This document shows positions 25,391 through 38,612 of a DNA stretch of 43,485 nt, one piece after another (position 1 is the stretch's first letter; every line of letters starts with the position of its first letter). The stretch is taken from contig NKIB01014434.1 of the NCBI GenBank assembly GCA_002256025.1, forward strand, positions 1-43,485. Reading direction: 5' to 3'. This DNA is from Asterionella formosa (taxonomy: Eukaryota). Under the pieces are notes generated by a model, which was given only the letters and a program-made list of their open reading frames with translations, was not told where the DNA came from and did not search any database. The position numbers and the translations under genes are program-made.

Positions 25391-25899
25391 AATATGTTTC
25401 AGTTGGATATAACTGTTCTTTAATTTTGTATCGACAAAATTTTGAGTTCCTATTTTGATTAAAAAATGTTGAACGAATTATTTGGACGACTTCCTTGCAA
25501 TTCATCTATCAAGAAGGATGATGTTGTCAAAGTGAAATCCATGATCCAACAAATGAATGAAAAAGTTCCTACCTTCAAATGGTATAATCACCATGTACCT
25601 CTTGGCCAAATTTCTGGATGCATCAAAATTATTTTGTAACTGTTGAAATGTTAGCCCTTCTGGAATCAAATTGAAAAAATGCACAGACTCATATCGAACT
25701 GCAGTTGAAAAGTGGAAAAGAAAAATTTCGGACGAAACGAGAAGGACCATCTTAGGTTATTTGGGAGTGAAAAAGAACAAATAATGGCTAATTGGGATTA
25801 TCCAATGTCATCATTCCTTGGGACATTGTAGTTTGTGAAAACTTTCTAATATCTTAACTAGTATGTGAAAGGTTTTTATCACTACTATATATTCTTGTA

Positions 25900-28200
25900 T
25901 ATTTATCAACATTCCCTTTTTAGCTTTTGGTCCCACCTGATTGATTTCCACAAATGACGTGGAGGCATGGCAACATAAAAATTATCTTTCCATATCTGTT
26001 CCAAAACTTCTTGCGGTTTCAGAGATTTCCTTGATTCCTGTGGTTTCAAAGCAGGGACAACAAATGCTGCCGAATGTATGTTATGAAACTCAACAACGCT
26101 CAATTCATTTGTATCATTGCATAAGGTGTTTCCTCTTGCAAAAAACATATGTTTATGAATTTTCATTTCAGTTGAACTTTTCAAGGAACAAATACATGCT
26201 AAGAGAATGGTTGTTTCCCCAAAGAAGTAGTTTTTCCGTTACTGAACTGTGTAGGAACTTGATCCATCAACTTTCTCCATGTTCACTTCAACCCAGTCAA
26301 ACCATTCACGACCAGAGATTCCTGCATTTGAATCGTTATTCCATTTCGGATGGCATCAGAAAATAGGAGTTTGGCAGGAAATTTTACTTTTAATTTGAAC
26401 ATGATAATAAAAGTCAATCCTTACAATGGAAAAATGCCCAACACCATCTTCAAGACTTTATTTCTTGCTATTTCTATTGCTGAATTCGAAATGCTCTTTA
26501 CGTTTTCGGCCCCCTTCGCTTGGTAAATCAGGATGAACCAATTGAGACAAGGGTGCATCCCTACTCCGTGATACATGCCCAATCTTATTAGGGGCGCCTG
26601 CTATAGTCCATGGACCATTTGATGATGAAGCAAAAAATTGAACTTTAACCGGAAGGGCTGGTGAATGGATTTTGGTTGGCGAGATTCCCAAATTTTCAGG
26701 TGACCTACTAGGCAACATCATTGTATCCGGAATCATTCCTTCGAAATCAATTTCTGTTGAAATACCCTCATTTACATTGATGGTATTTTCTCTACTCATC
26801 TTTTTTTGTTTGTTTTCTGTATGTAATGACTCACTTACAAAAACAATTTTTCGTGCCAAGGCAAACTGCCTGCCTTGTTTCATGTGACCTTGTTAAATGT
26901 CATGAAACCAGGCAATCACGACAAACATATCGTCGATATAATCCATTACCACCCCTGAAACCACAAATTTTGTTGTGTTCTTCTGTATCACCAATGATCA
27001 TTCCAATCTGGAAATAAACTTTTGTCATACCAAGACCATGAACCCAAATATCGTATGACTTGTTTGGATAGATCTTCGAAAGGTTTCAATAGAAATCCTG
27101 TAACAGAATGGTAAAATTTGAGTCGACATAAGGACAAGTCATCACCAGATAACTTATTATTCATTTGTTTCTCCAGATCACTGACCTGTTTCAATGTCTG
27201 GCAAAAGAGATACCAATTGCCATCCATCATTTTTTTCCTTCATTCTAACGATAAGTTTACATTGTCAAAAAAAATGGGCAGATGCTCGGAATGTTTCATT
27301 TGTTTATCAATAGGTGAACCATCGCTCACTGAAAACTGCTAGGGCAACAAATAATCACCCTGTCTTGACTTCAACACTTTATTTTCTGATGTAGGAGAAT
27401 TATTAAATACATTTTCAAACCAAGTTGTGGATTTTACTTTGTCATTTATTCAGGCGTTCTCCACAAGTTGTAAGTTTTACGTGTGGGTGACATACAAAAT
27501 GTTGCATGATATCTGAATCATGTAACAATCCTGCCATGAGCTGTACTGGTTCGAAATAATGGAGTGTGTGTGTGGGATGATCATGTTTGAATTGTTATCA
27601 ATCTGTATTTTTTTGTCAATGGTTGACTACCACCAGCTAATGTTGGTGGAAATGAAATATCCATGCGTTTATCAAAGTCTGGTAGGATGGAGCTTGATAC
27701 CTTCCAACAAAGTATTTCATTGCTTTTGCCTTGAACAGCCATTTCATTAGATGATCAAAGTAAACTGGTGGAAAGTTATTCTCGTTAAGGAATAACATGA
27801 GTTCTAATTCGATTGGATGGATGTTTAGGGAATTTTTACTTGGAAGTTTTTAAAATGGAGGAGGAAGGGGCATTTTCATTGCATTTTCAGGGAGAAAGCC
27901 AGTGCGATCTTGAAAATCTGAATATTGCATGGTTTGTTTCTGCATTCAAGCCTTGGAGAGTTTTAGTCTTAATTGTTCGTCTTGTTGTGACTGAATATTG
28001 TTATAAACTGAATCATCGCTGTTGTCAAGAAATGGATGATTGTGGCAACTTGATTCAAGGATAGGACACATATCTCTTCTTGTTGTCTACCCTCCCTAAA
28101 TGCTGCATCAGTTACACTGCCATTAACTTCTACCGCAATACATAGTTTCATTATGTATTCCAGGAACTCAATGTTCTTGCATGCAATGTCGACAGTGACC
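25900..28200 (-). pseudogene. Decayed putative transposase (Plavaka/CACTA-like)
   Basis: Minus-strand fragments VFSDGSPIDKQMKHSEH, KFYHSVTGFLLKPF, IIGDTEEHNKICGFRGGNGLYRRYVCRDC and NIHSAAFVVP resemble this transposase class from memory. Many stops. Confidence 0.45.
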
Positions 28201-30008
28201 ATATGCAAAGAAAACACGGTTGCTTTTATTTGTAGTTACACAGATAACACCATTGCAATGTCCACAAAGACATTGCCAATTTCAAATTATGACAAAGTCA
28301 GGATATGAACAGGATAGAATGAAAATGAATTAATAATAAAAAAATTGAGCATCACTCCGATCATGCCTTGCTGGACAATACAGAGTCGTGAATATCACTC
28401 CACCATAGTAGTAAAATGGAGGAATACCGCTACATACAGTACAGGCGCCACTACTAGTAATATAGAGCAGCATCAATGTTTTCCTAACATTTATGATATG
28501 GTTTGCATTGTAGAAGTCTCACACTAACTATATTTATTATGCAACTACTAAGTATGCATTGGATTCTATTAGATCCATTCAAAATCAACGTCGTCATCAA
28601 TGTCCTGTTGATTAATGCGTTCATTGTAATCAATATTCTTCTCAGGAACATTTGGTTGAAGTGGTTCAACATATTGATGCATATCCTCTTCACTTACGTT
28701 GGGAAATTGGAAGTATGAGTGTGGGTAGATGATATTTGTTGTGGAAGTAGCTAGCAATCCCACTAGGATTTCTTCCATATTCAGATCGATTCTTTTGTGA
28801 AAGTCCAGTGTAGATTTCCTTAAAATAACCGAGTAAATCATCAGTTCATCATTGATCAGTGAGACCATTTAAAACTGAACTTTCTTCCCTCACACTTCCA
28901 ATTTCGACAAATCAGAAGAATGACGAATATCGTTCCTTCTCTGAAATTTCATGCATATCTGGATTGAAACCCAAATATTTTTGTTGCAATCGGAATTTTC
29001 CTTTCAGCACGATGAAGCAAAAGGCTTCTATACTGGCATTATTCAGCAAGCCAACAAATCGTTATTGCAATTCACAATGTGCCAGAAGACTTAGTTGAAA
29101 TTTGTTCACACCAGATTTGTCTCCTGTTAAAATTGGTTCTCCACGGCTTGTCCTGCCTATAAAATACACTGGAGCAACAACATCACGCCAGACTTGGTAT
29201 CCTTGGCTTCCCCCGCCTGTCAATATCCTTTGACTGCGAAAAACGATAAAGCGTGAACGGCCGCCCACCTAATAAAGTCATCGATATCCATAGTCTGGAA
29301 GTTTGCTTTATTCTGTTAGACGAGCTGGTGTGTCATGAATAATGTTAGCATTTTTAAATTCACCAAATGTTGATTTGATGTAATCTAAACGTGCCTTGTT
29401 GGTACGTTCAATGATCTGATTCATCGGAAGTAGTTCATCAGAACCATTCCATATGAAATCGGCAAGCTCTGGGTCACTCTATACTTCTTTGCCAAACTCC
29501 GGTTTCTCTGTGTATAGCCGAATTAGGAAGGTCAACATTGGGCAAACCAATCCTGTGTGTGATTAGAAATGCCTTTCATACTACTTGGACCAGATAGGGC
29601 AGAAAGTTTGATTCTTTTTTGGGACCAGAAAAAAGCATATTAGATTGATATTCTGTTTAACAGTACCTGCAGTTCATAATCTTTAACCTCAAACTTACGT
29701 TTTCACAGCTAAACTTCGTGGTCTTAAAAGGAAATAAAACTCACAACCTTTGTTACAATTGATGGTTCACTTTTAGCTAACGTTCTGATAAGTCTGCTGA
29801 AATTGAAGATTCTTGATAACCTCGTATGGAGAAGCGAGTTTTGAACCGAATTACGACAACGACCTTTGTTGTAATTGAGTTCATTGACCAGTGGATAATA
29901 TCCTTTGGCAAGTGCAAAATGTTTTTCCCTCAGGTTGTCATGTAGTTGTTGGTCCGTTCGATTAGAAAATTTATGATATGGTACCATGTCATCCATGTGC
30001 ATTCGGGA

Positions 30009-30080
30009 GTTATTAATGGTATCATCGACACATCGACAGGAGCCGTTATTAATGGTATCATCGACACATCGACAGGAGCC
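30009..30080. repeat. Perfect 36-bp tandem duplication
   Basis: GTTATTAATGGTATCATCGACACATCGACAGGAGCC x2. Confidence 0.95.
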
Positions 30081-30568
30081 ATTTTTCTTGTATCAACAAC
30101 TGAAAAAGAAACGTCATCATTGCTTTCAGTATCAATTACAGGACCCTTTGTACTAGTAGCTGATGGTGTCTTTATCATCAATGGGGTAGTACCCCCACTA
30201 GCTCCCTGTCACCGATTGGGTTCCTTTGGATAAGCGCCTAATCTCTTTTTCTTTGTTAGCTCATTTTGGTACTTGCTTCTTTGTTCCATACTGGCAGTAT
30301 TTGCTACATGTCGCTTGTTTCCATGAACCTTTTAATGGTTTTTTGAAGACATTGTACTACTAGATAACTGTTGTCGTTCTCTTCCTTAAAGTTCGATGAT
30401 CTAAAAATCAGGTGTTGCTAGCTACAATGAATTGAATCATCAGCCACTACATATAATATTTTACTCTGTCTAGACATGACACCATATAAACAACAGTGCT
30501 ATTCCAACAGTACTATTTACATTATCATCTACAAAATCAGAACCAAGATTGAGTAAAAGCAGATCTTG

Positions 30569-31033
30569 TTTTCAATTTTATGATCATACAATCCTGAAAC
30601 TATGATGCTTTGCGGTCCCACTGTGGTAGCAACAGTCCTGAACATATGGTGCTCTGTTGCTCACATACTACTACGACAATCCTTTTTCAATTTTATGATC
30701 ATAGGATCATGAAACTATGATGATTTAATGTCCCGCTGCGCGTGGTAACAGCAGTCATGAACATATGGTGCTCTGTTGCTCGCTTACTACTCCTACTATC
30801 CTTTTTCAATTTTATGATCATAGAATCCTGAAACTATGATGATTTAATGTCCCACTGTAGTAACAGCAGTCATGAACATATGGTGCTCTGTTGCTTGCTT
30901 ACTACTCCGACTATCCTTTTTCAATTTATGATCATGATACGATCCTAAAACTATGATGAATTACTGTCCAACTTCAGTAGCAACAGTCATGAACATATGG
31001 TGTTCTGTTGCTCGATTACTACTCTGACTATCC
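30569..31033. repeat. Minisatellite, 4 x ~115-119 bp
   Basis: Unit TTTTCAATTTTATGATCAT..GAAACTATGATG..GAACATATGGTGCTCTGTTGCT..TACTACT starts at ~30569, ~30682, ~30801 and ~30917. Confidence 0.93.
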
Positions 31034-32006
31034 CCAGTATATCATTTCTTACTTGCTACTGGTACTCTGTATATATATGGTAAAATGTTAATGTCGTTTG
31101 ATGTACGGTACACATGAAGAACTCCCGCCCAAAAAAGGGGCTCAGACAATTTGTTCCCAAATTCCTTGCATAGAAATAATGATACAAATGGGTTATGATT
31201 TAAACCAAATGAATGGTATAAACAATTAATTCCAACGGACGTAAAAAATATTGATGCTAACAAATTTCAAAAAAACAGTACCGGCACACGAAGTCATGGA
31301 AAACAATGGACACATCGTGCATTGAATATTTTCGAATTATCTGTACGCAAATATGATCATCTCAACAATACTAGCTACCAGAGGACCTGCCATATTGAGA
31401 GTGCCTTAAATGTACGACACTTGATATATTTATTTATTTACAAAGTTTATAGCTATATACATGGCAATTATATTTGAAATCGTTCTGTCATCATGTTAAC
31501 AAACAATGCCTGCGTCATGAAAAGAAATACCGTAGTAAAGCACCTGACATGACAAGAAAGGTAAGTTTACGCAATCACGAAAAACATTGTGGCTTCTACA
31601 CATTGCGCCTTCGAAGGATGGAGTATGTTTAAGGTTATGAAGCCATCAATGTGGTACTTGGATGACAATCGTTGGGTGGCAGGACAACCACAACTTGTAA
31701 ACTAAACGCACATTTCCTTTTTTCTCAGATGATTCAACAGCTCGTTTCGCTTGTTGGGAAGCACCAATGTAAAAAAAAATTGGTAAGTGCTCTTGTTGTT
31801 GGACTTATTCACTTCTGATGGAACATAAATGACGGACACGCCATTTATACTTCAAGGTTGGTAAAATATTAATAAATCATCATAGTTATAGGATACCTTG
31901 ATCATAGTATTGATCAAAAAATTATCATAGATACGAAAATCTTGTTCCACTTAGTAGCGTATGATACCCTTAATCCTATATGCATGATTTTTTTAATTTG
32001 CTGACC

Positions 32007-32830
32007 CTGAGAAGATGCTCTGCCAATATATTGTATGCGATTTGCTGTTGCTCACCATCTAAGAATTCGACCTCAAAAACCCTGGAATCTAACCTCGGAA
32101 ACCTTTGCTTTCGCCCAACCAGGTTCCCGTTCACATCCTACTTTCGTTTAATGACCACCGCAATCATATCGCCCTCCTTGTGTGGAAGTACGACCTGAGC
32201 GTTAATGTCGGGAGTCTCACCCATCATCACTTCATATGGAGATCGACCCTTGAGTGCATGTCTACACATGAGCTGACGGATGTTGGAGGTATATTCCGCT
32301 GCAAAACACCATAGCATGTCTGGACATCTGTATCTATTCATGATACGACGCCAATGCGTCTTGAATTGTCCGATCTTGCTCTCAGCTCTGTTCATCCAGT
32401 CATCACTTCACATAGAGATCGACCCTCAAGTGCAGGTATAGACCTGAGCTGACAGATGTTGGAGGTATATTCTGCTGCAAAACACCATAGCATGCCTGGA
32501 CATCTGTATCTATTCATGATACGACCCCAATGTGTCTTGAATTTTCCGATCTCGCTCTCAGCTCTGTTCATCCAGGGATTGTGAGGCTCTGTTGTTGTGC
32601 AAGGAACCAAATGGGTCTTCTGGACTCTCTTGAACTCTGTGAAGTCTCATGTTTCCACAGCTGCATTTTCAGAGTGGAAACCTAGTTCTGGAATTCCATA
32701 TTGCCGGATGGCTTCAATGAATCTATCCCCACAATCTGCTTCAGAGCGCATTGGATACACCTTGGCCCAACACTGATCATGACAGAAAAGTTGTGCTCAT
32801 GTGCGTCCCCTCACTGACTTCACCTTGTCC
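32007..32830 (-). pseudogene. Copia integrase remnant with a 176-bp tandem duplication (32224-32399 / 32400-32575)
   Basis: KVYPMRSE, YGIPE, TEPHNPWMNRAESEI, LWCFAAEY and GRSPYEVMMGETPDI. The block MNRAES..EVM is present twice. Confidence 0.92.
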
Positions 32831-33243
32831 TTGGGAAACATGGTATCACTATACGTACAAAACCGGCGGGAGACCTCTTCCATTTGTTGGTAAAACCGTA
32901 CTGCTCTTGTTGTAGATGCCTGCAGGGTACTCGCTGCAGTTGCCAAACTTGTCCCCCATCGTTAGGCCATTGTGGCTGCGTCCACAGATGAGCGGCGATC
33001 TGTGCTGGAAGTGGCTCCATCACAGTGCACAATGACGCCATGTGTGCTAAAGAACTCCCCAGTTGTATCTCCACCAGCAACATTTTCAGTCTTGTTGACA
33101 TATGATGACCCCAACACTGAACAACAATGCGAAAAAGCGGACTCCCAGAACGCCAAAACAAGCGTTGCTTGCTGGCCAGCAGTTTTCCCTTCAAATATTT
33201 CAACAATCAACCGACAAAGGCTACTGAAGAGACTACGTGGGTC

Positions 33244-33568
33244 TGATAAACCGACTAATTCTCCAATCAAACAGGCGATGGGGAGAATACTGAACCTAAT
33301 GTTGTAATTAGCGCTATCGAAGGGTACCACATAAAAAAGAAGAAGTGATCACAGAGCAATATCCAACAAAACTTGTTGGATGGGAAATCTCGACAAATTC
33401 CAGACAAAGATTACCCACTCAAGGATGACCAAAATGCACGCTGGTCCTACAGGCGGTAGTACCAGGCGCCTTCATGTCATAAGACAGACCTCACAGCACA
33501 CTGCACCTAATGGTTTTCCCTGTTGAGCATACGCCCGAGAAAACCTGAGGTATACCCAGAATTTACCA
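33244..33568 (-). repeat. 5' LTR, 325 bp
   Basis: Bounded by TGATAAA...TTTACCA (TG..CA, imperfect 7-bp inverted ends) and homologous to the two other LTR copies. Confidence 0.9.
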
Positions 33569-36500
33569 TGTTATTTATGTGATTCTAATTGAACTTTTCC
33601 TGATTGATACATACATGTTGATGCTCTTAATGTAAGCTCGTTCATTTTCATTACATCAATACAAAAGGATCCATCATTATGGAGATGGACAGCTCACCAT
33701 CACCACCTCACCTCGACGGCTCTTAAACAAGTACTCTCATGCCCAATCACTTTTCAGGCTAGATTTTTGGTAGGCAACTCGACATTATAACATTGACAAT
33801 GAATAATGATAATAAAACCGACAATAATATCACACAATACAAGAACAAGGAGAGCACGCTTGATCCAGCCTTGTCAATACTATACCAGTGTACAAGAAAC
33901 CAAAACATTCATCATTAGTGTTGTATTCTTATAAAATATATATTATTGTAGGGTGCTCGCAGATGTCACAAAATCAGGTTTTTTTGTTGACAGAAAACCT
34001 GGAAACTGTTTCAATTTCATTACGATAAATCTCGTGTTGCCAAAGCAACGATGGCGATCACCGTTTTCTTCCTACCATATCAATCATATCATCATTGCTT
34101 AGTGGGTGAGCTATTGTAATGGCTGGTAGTCGACTTGTGTGTACCCTTAGTGAATATCCATATTTTTAGATATTATAGCGCATTGACTCAATTCAGGTGA
34201 GTCAAAGGACGAGAAAACTACTGGGGAAAGAATGTATAGACAAGATTTAGATAAAAATTCCGGTAGTATAAATGAAATAAATAGTGCTTTGCTGCACTGG
34301 TACCTGGTACCGGTATTACCGGTAGTCTAGTTTACCCGCACCACTGCAATTGTTTCATGATGTGGCTCACTTGTTATCGCTGGTGGTACGTGGTACTGGT
34401 GCAAGTATAAAACTGCTGACACCAGGTCAATGTAAACCTATGGAAGAAAAAATTTCAAAGGATGATTATGAATCTGTAATTTCCAACACTGATTGGAATT
34501 CAGACAAGCCGATCGCATATAGTGTACTTAATCAATATTGATCAGCCATCCTAGATTTGCATGCACAGTAACGGGATGGAGGATGCAGCAACATACCCAA
34601 GGGTGTATTAATGTCTTGCCATGTCAAAAGCTTGCTTAAGACAGTAAAAATGAGAAAGACGCAAATTGCGAAAAGCAGTTTCGATGAAAAATTGATAAGT
34701 GAATTCACACCATACACTGCTGCTGCTCAAGATTTTTCCAAGACTTGAAGGTTTGACATCTTCACCATCAACCATTGAGATGACCGCAGTTAAGCAAGGT
34801 AAAACCTACAGTTGAATTTGAATTGACAGCTAAACCTGCATACAGGGATCATATTCCACAAACCACAGTTGGAACCATTACTGAAGCAATTGAAGTAGCC
34901 AAAGTTGCCAAAGTTGATGATGCCAACAATTCTGCATTGATGACAACCGGTATGTGTGATGTGTGTGCTGACATCATTCAATTGCATCAATGTATCATCT
35001 CTTACAAAAAATCACATATCAGGCTATCAAGTTGCAGGTGAGCAAGGAACAATATGTTCTAATTGTCTTGTCAAAAGTAAAAGACGTCGAATCGGATAAA
35101 TATAATTTAGATGAATTAAAAGGAGATATATTTTATTATACACCAAATAGAATATAGAAAGAAATCTGAATCCCACTCAGGAGCTTTGAAAAATGGAAAC
35201 TGTGCCATTTCTACCTTTAAATAGCATTTTAGCTTAAAGTCATTCACTTGTACATTTTGGTAGTCTCAATAATCAAAAATCCTTCAGTATCAAATTTGCA
35301 TTTTTATTTACAGTCATTGCATGCCAAGTCATTCTACAGTCATCTACAATATTTTTGATTTCTTTAAGATTTGATGCTAACTTTGATGATGTGCTTTTCC
35401 TCTCAAAAAATAGTTTATTTGTTCCTTGTAATTTCGGGAGAGGAATATAACTTTATAAACAGCTCAAAGAAAGATGTTGTAATAGCAAGTATGCATGAGA
35501 AAAGAAGCAATCCTGGATGTCCTTGCAGGAATGGTCAATGACAGCAGATGCAGCAATGATTTTTTTGTACTGCTTGGCATTGCGGCTGATGCAAAGCCCA
35601 GCAATTTTCCGGAAGACAATACATCAACAAGTACAGGCTTGTCTCCTCCTCCACTAGTGGTCAATTGATTGAACCTATCCATTGAAAAACTTTCATATGC
35701 CAAGATTCCACCAGAGAGAGCAGCTGACATCTCCAGACACTTCATAAACCCTCTGGAAATTGATTCCTTTACCTCTGAAGGTAACAGTAGTAAAATTCAA
35801 TATTCACAAAGCATTATCTTCGTTAGCAAAGTTTGCAGTGGTAGAAAATGATGGAGCATCAGAAGTCCACGTTGCCGGAAAGCTGCATGGTAAAACTCAA
35901 TCAAAAGATGCATTTAAGAATAGCCCTCTTTCATGGCGATCTGATTGGGAACAGATGCTTGTGCAATGTCAGGAATCTCTGCACATCAGGAGGAGCCCCC
36001 ATGGAAATACTACAAATGTTGGAACAATGCTGTTCAGCATTCCTTGTCCATCATTTTTTTCATGCTCCTATAGTTTGGCAAGCCCCACGGCAGATTCAAT
36101 TGAAGAAAATTCAGCTGTGCAGTGTGTCCATGCAATGTGGAACCCGGTTTCAGGTTTATTTTCAAAATAGTACCATTTCGCATGCATCATGATGAAAGGA
36201 TATCATGTCCTCCTCTGTCCTTCTAGGATTCAGAGCAGCCGCCATGCGATGATGAGCAGTCACAAAACCACTTTGTATGTCATAATTATCAACCAATTTT
36301 CATCGATTGACAGGCCTGACAACCTTTGTGTCATACTAGTCTGCAACGGAAAGGTTCATGTTTGCAATCTTGTGGAGCATCTATAGCGAAGTGCCAAAAA
36401 GGCCAACGTTTCTTGCATTTGTATTTGAATGTGCATTCAAAAAGATACAACAAAGGATAACATGAACACGACGTGGTTGTGTAGCAACAACGCAACGACG

Positions 36501-37375
36501 AGGAGGTGTGGCTCTCACAGCAGTCGCTTTTGAAAAAGTTCTGCAAAGCCAAGGCTCATCGCACTCCTGCTAAAAAGAATCCACAATGACAAATGATACA
36601 AGGCGTGAATTTATGCCTCGAGCATGAGCATGAGCACGATCACGATGATGACGACTTCGGAGCAGGAGGAATGGATTGGGATGATTGTTTTGCGATATTA
36701 ATGGAAGATTGGATTACTACAATATTGGATTTACCATACCGGTGCCTCTACTGTAGTACCACCGGTAAGACTATAATGATGGTGAGCGACATGGTTTATA
36801 CTGATGTTCATCACTGAATAATAGTGTAAAGTGTTTCTGACTTGGTATGTAATAACCAGGTTATTAATACTGCTTTACTATAATAACAGTGGTTATTTGC
36901 CATCAAGTCTGACTTGGTGGCGTCAGACTTTGGACTCTAGTCCAGACTTGGTATAAATAACTATCACGATCTCATTTGTAGAACCTGGACAAAATACCAT
37001 TTAAGGATAAGGTACAAACGAGTACCGGTACACACTCAAGGAATTCCCATAGATGCCATCATGAAGCTCGGGCGCTCCAACCAAAATAGGAATTCTATTG
37101 CTTATCGAAAACGTGTTACCCTTTGATGTTGCTATTCTTTACAACTGGGTGGTGAAATTGCTTTTTTCCTAATGAATGTATGTTTGGATGATCAACAAGA
37201 AAGCGCCCATGTCAATAAGTAAAATCAGTCGTGGCTGAGTACATTTAGGGGTACTACGAAACCAGGTTTTAAAGTATGAAGCTTAGATGTAGAATTCAAC
37301 GACAGATAGTAGACCACAAAGAAAAAGGTTGTTTCCAATGCAATAAAAAATCAAATCAAAGAAAACAAAGCAACC

Positions 37376-38612
37376 ATGGCGATTTTCAGATACGTCCTTA
37401 CCCGCCTTAATGATCCAATGACAATTATGAATGAGTATGACGTACAAGCTGAGCTCATTAAGAATGGATTCTGTCCTTATCATCCAGACATGCTGCTTCG
37501 CAAAAAGAATTTGTTTGGAGTTCGGACGACTTTGCGAGACAGCTGCCCTCGTTGCGATCATAATCGTATAAATACCAAAGGATCTACTGCCTCTTCAATT
37601 GCGTCTACGATTGCTACAACTCTTTCCGAGATGAAAATGAATGAGCTTAATGCTGACATTCAAAAAGAAGGTCTCTTGGAGCTTGCTCAATTGGCAACCA
37701 GTTGCCGATTGCTGAAGAAGGAGGTATCACTTTGATTCTATCTGCTATGAAGATTCATTCCTCCAATGCTAACGTGCAAGCATATGGTTGTGAAGCACTT
37801 AATGACTTGGCTGTGAACAAAAATAACAAGTTGACGATTGCTAAAGAAGTAGGTATCAATACGATTCTGTCTGCAATGAAGACTCATTGCTCCAATTCTG
37901 ATGTGCAAGCATATGGTTGTGCATCACTTTTGAACTTGGCTTTGCATGACAACAACCAGGTGACAATTGTTGCAGCAGGTGGTATTTTTACAATTCTGTC
38001 TGTGATGAAGATTCATTCCTCTAATGCCAATGTGCAACGCTGTGGCTGTGGAGCACTTAATAACTTGGCAGACAATCATGACAACAACAGCGTGACGATT
38101 GCTGCAGCAGGAGGAATCAATACAATTCTTTCTGTGATGGAGACTAATTCCTTCAATGCTAATGTGCAAGCATATGGTTATGCAGCACTTTTTACCTTAG
38201 CTGAGAATAATGAAAAGAGCAAGGTGATGATTGCTGCAGCAGGAGGTATCCTTACGATTCTGTCTGTGATGAAGACTCATTCCTCTAATGCTAGTGTGCA
38301 ACACTTTGGTTGTGGAGCACTTATGAACTTGGCTTTGAATAACAACAACAAGGTGGCAATTGAGGCAGCAGGAGGTATCAGTAGTACAATTTTGTCTGTA
38401 ATGAAGACTCACTCCTCCAATGCTAATGTGCAATACTATGGTTGCGGAGCACTTCAGAGCTTGGCTTTGAATAATGACAACAAAAGGTGGCAATTTCCAA
38501 TGCTGATGGAAAAGTCGCAATTGAGTCTGCTAAGCGAAATCATGCTTTCAATGCCAGTGTGCATGACAATGGTAATGGAGCACTTCGCACATTGAACCAA
38601 CATCAGAAATAG
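37376..38612 (+). pseudogene. ARM-repeat paralogue 3, single solenoid (~8 units), two frameshifts
   Basis: GFCPYHPD..CPRCD motif and N-cap, a deletion/frameshift at ~37700, six internal units, a frameshift at ~38485, then C-cap ..GALRTLNQHQK* ending at 38612. Confidence 0.88.

Larger units (their letters stand above)
22329..32006. mobile_element. ~9.7 kb longer relative of the 15898-20068 TIR element, decayed
   Basis: 22331-~22680 is homologous to ~15908-16230 and ~31890-32006 is homologous to ~19965-20068. It interrupts Copia pol between integrase and RT. The left TIR is degenerate or clipped. Confidence 0.8.
15677..33568 (-). mobile_element. Decayed, internally deleted Ty1/Copia LTR retrotransposon with both LTRs and two nested DNA transposons
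   Basis: Minus-strand order: 5' LTR 33568-33244, leader remnant, integrase ~32830-32007, [insertion], WDLEVEWGDGSTSWLPLK region and RT ~22329-21000, RNase H ~20870-20390, PPT, then 3' LTR 20161-20069 plus 15897-15677. INT before RT is the Copia order. The ARM 3' flank resumes at 33569. Confidence 0.9.

Noticed and set aside
30569..31033. CRISPR-like array
   Set aside because: Whole units repeat with no unique spacers, there are no cas genes, and the context is eukaryotic.
32962..33330. Overlapping ORFs at the LTR
   Set aside because: They run across LTR and leader sequence with no recognisable domain.
34350..36820. Possible decayed gene or transposon
   Set aside because: Short fragments in several frames with no motif I can assign.
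36830..36965. Repeated GACTTGGT motifs with small hairpins
   Set aside because: Too short and degenerate to define an element.
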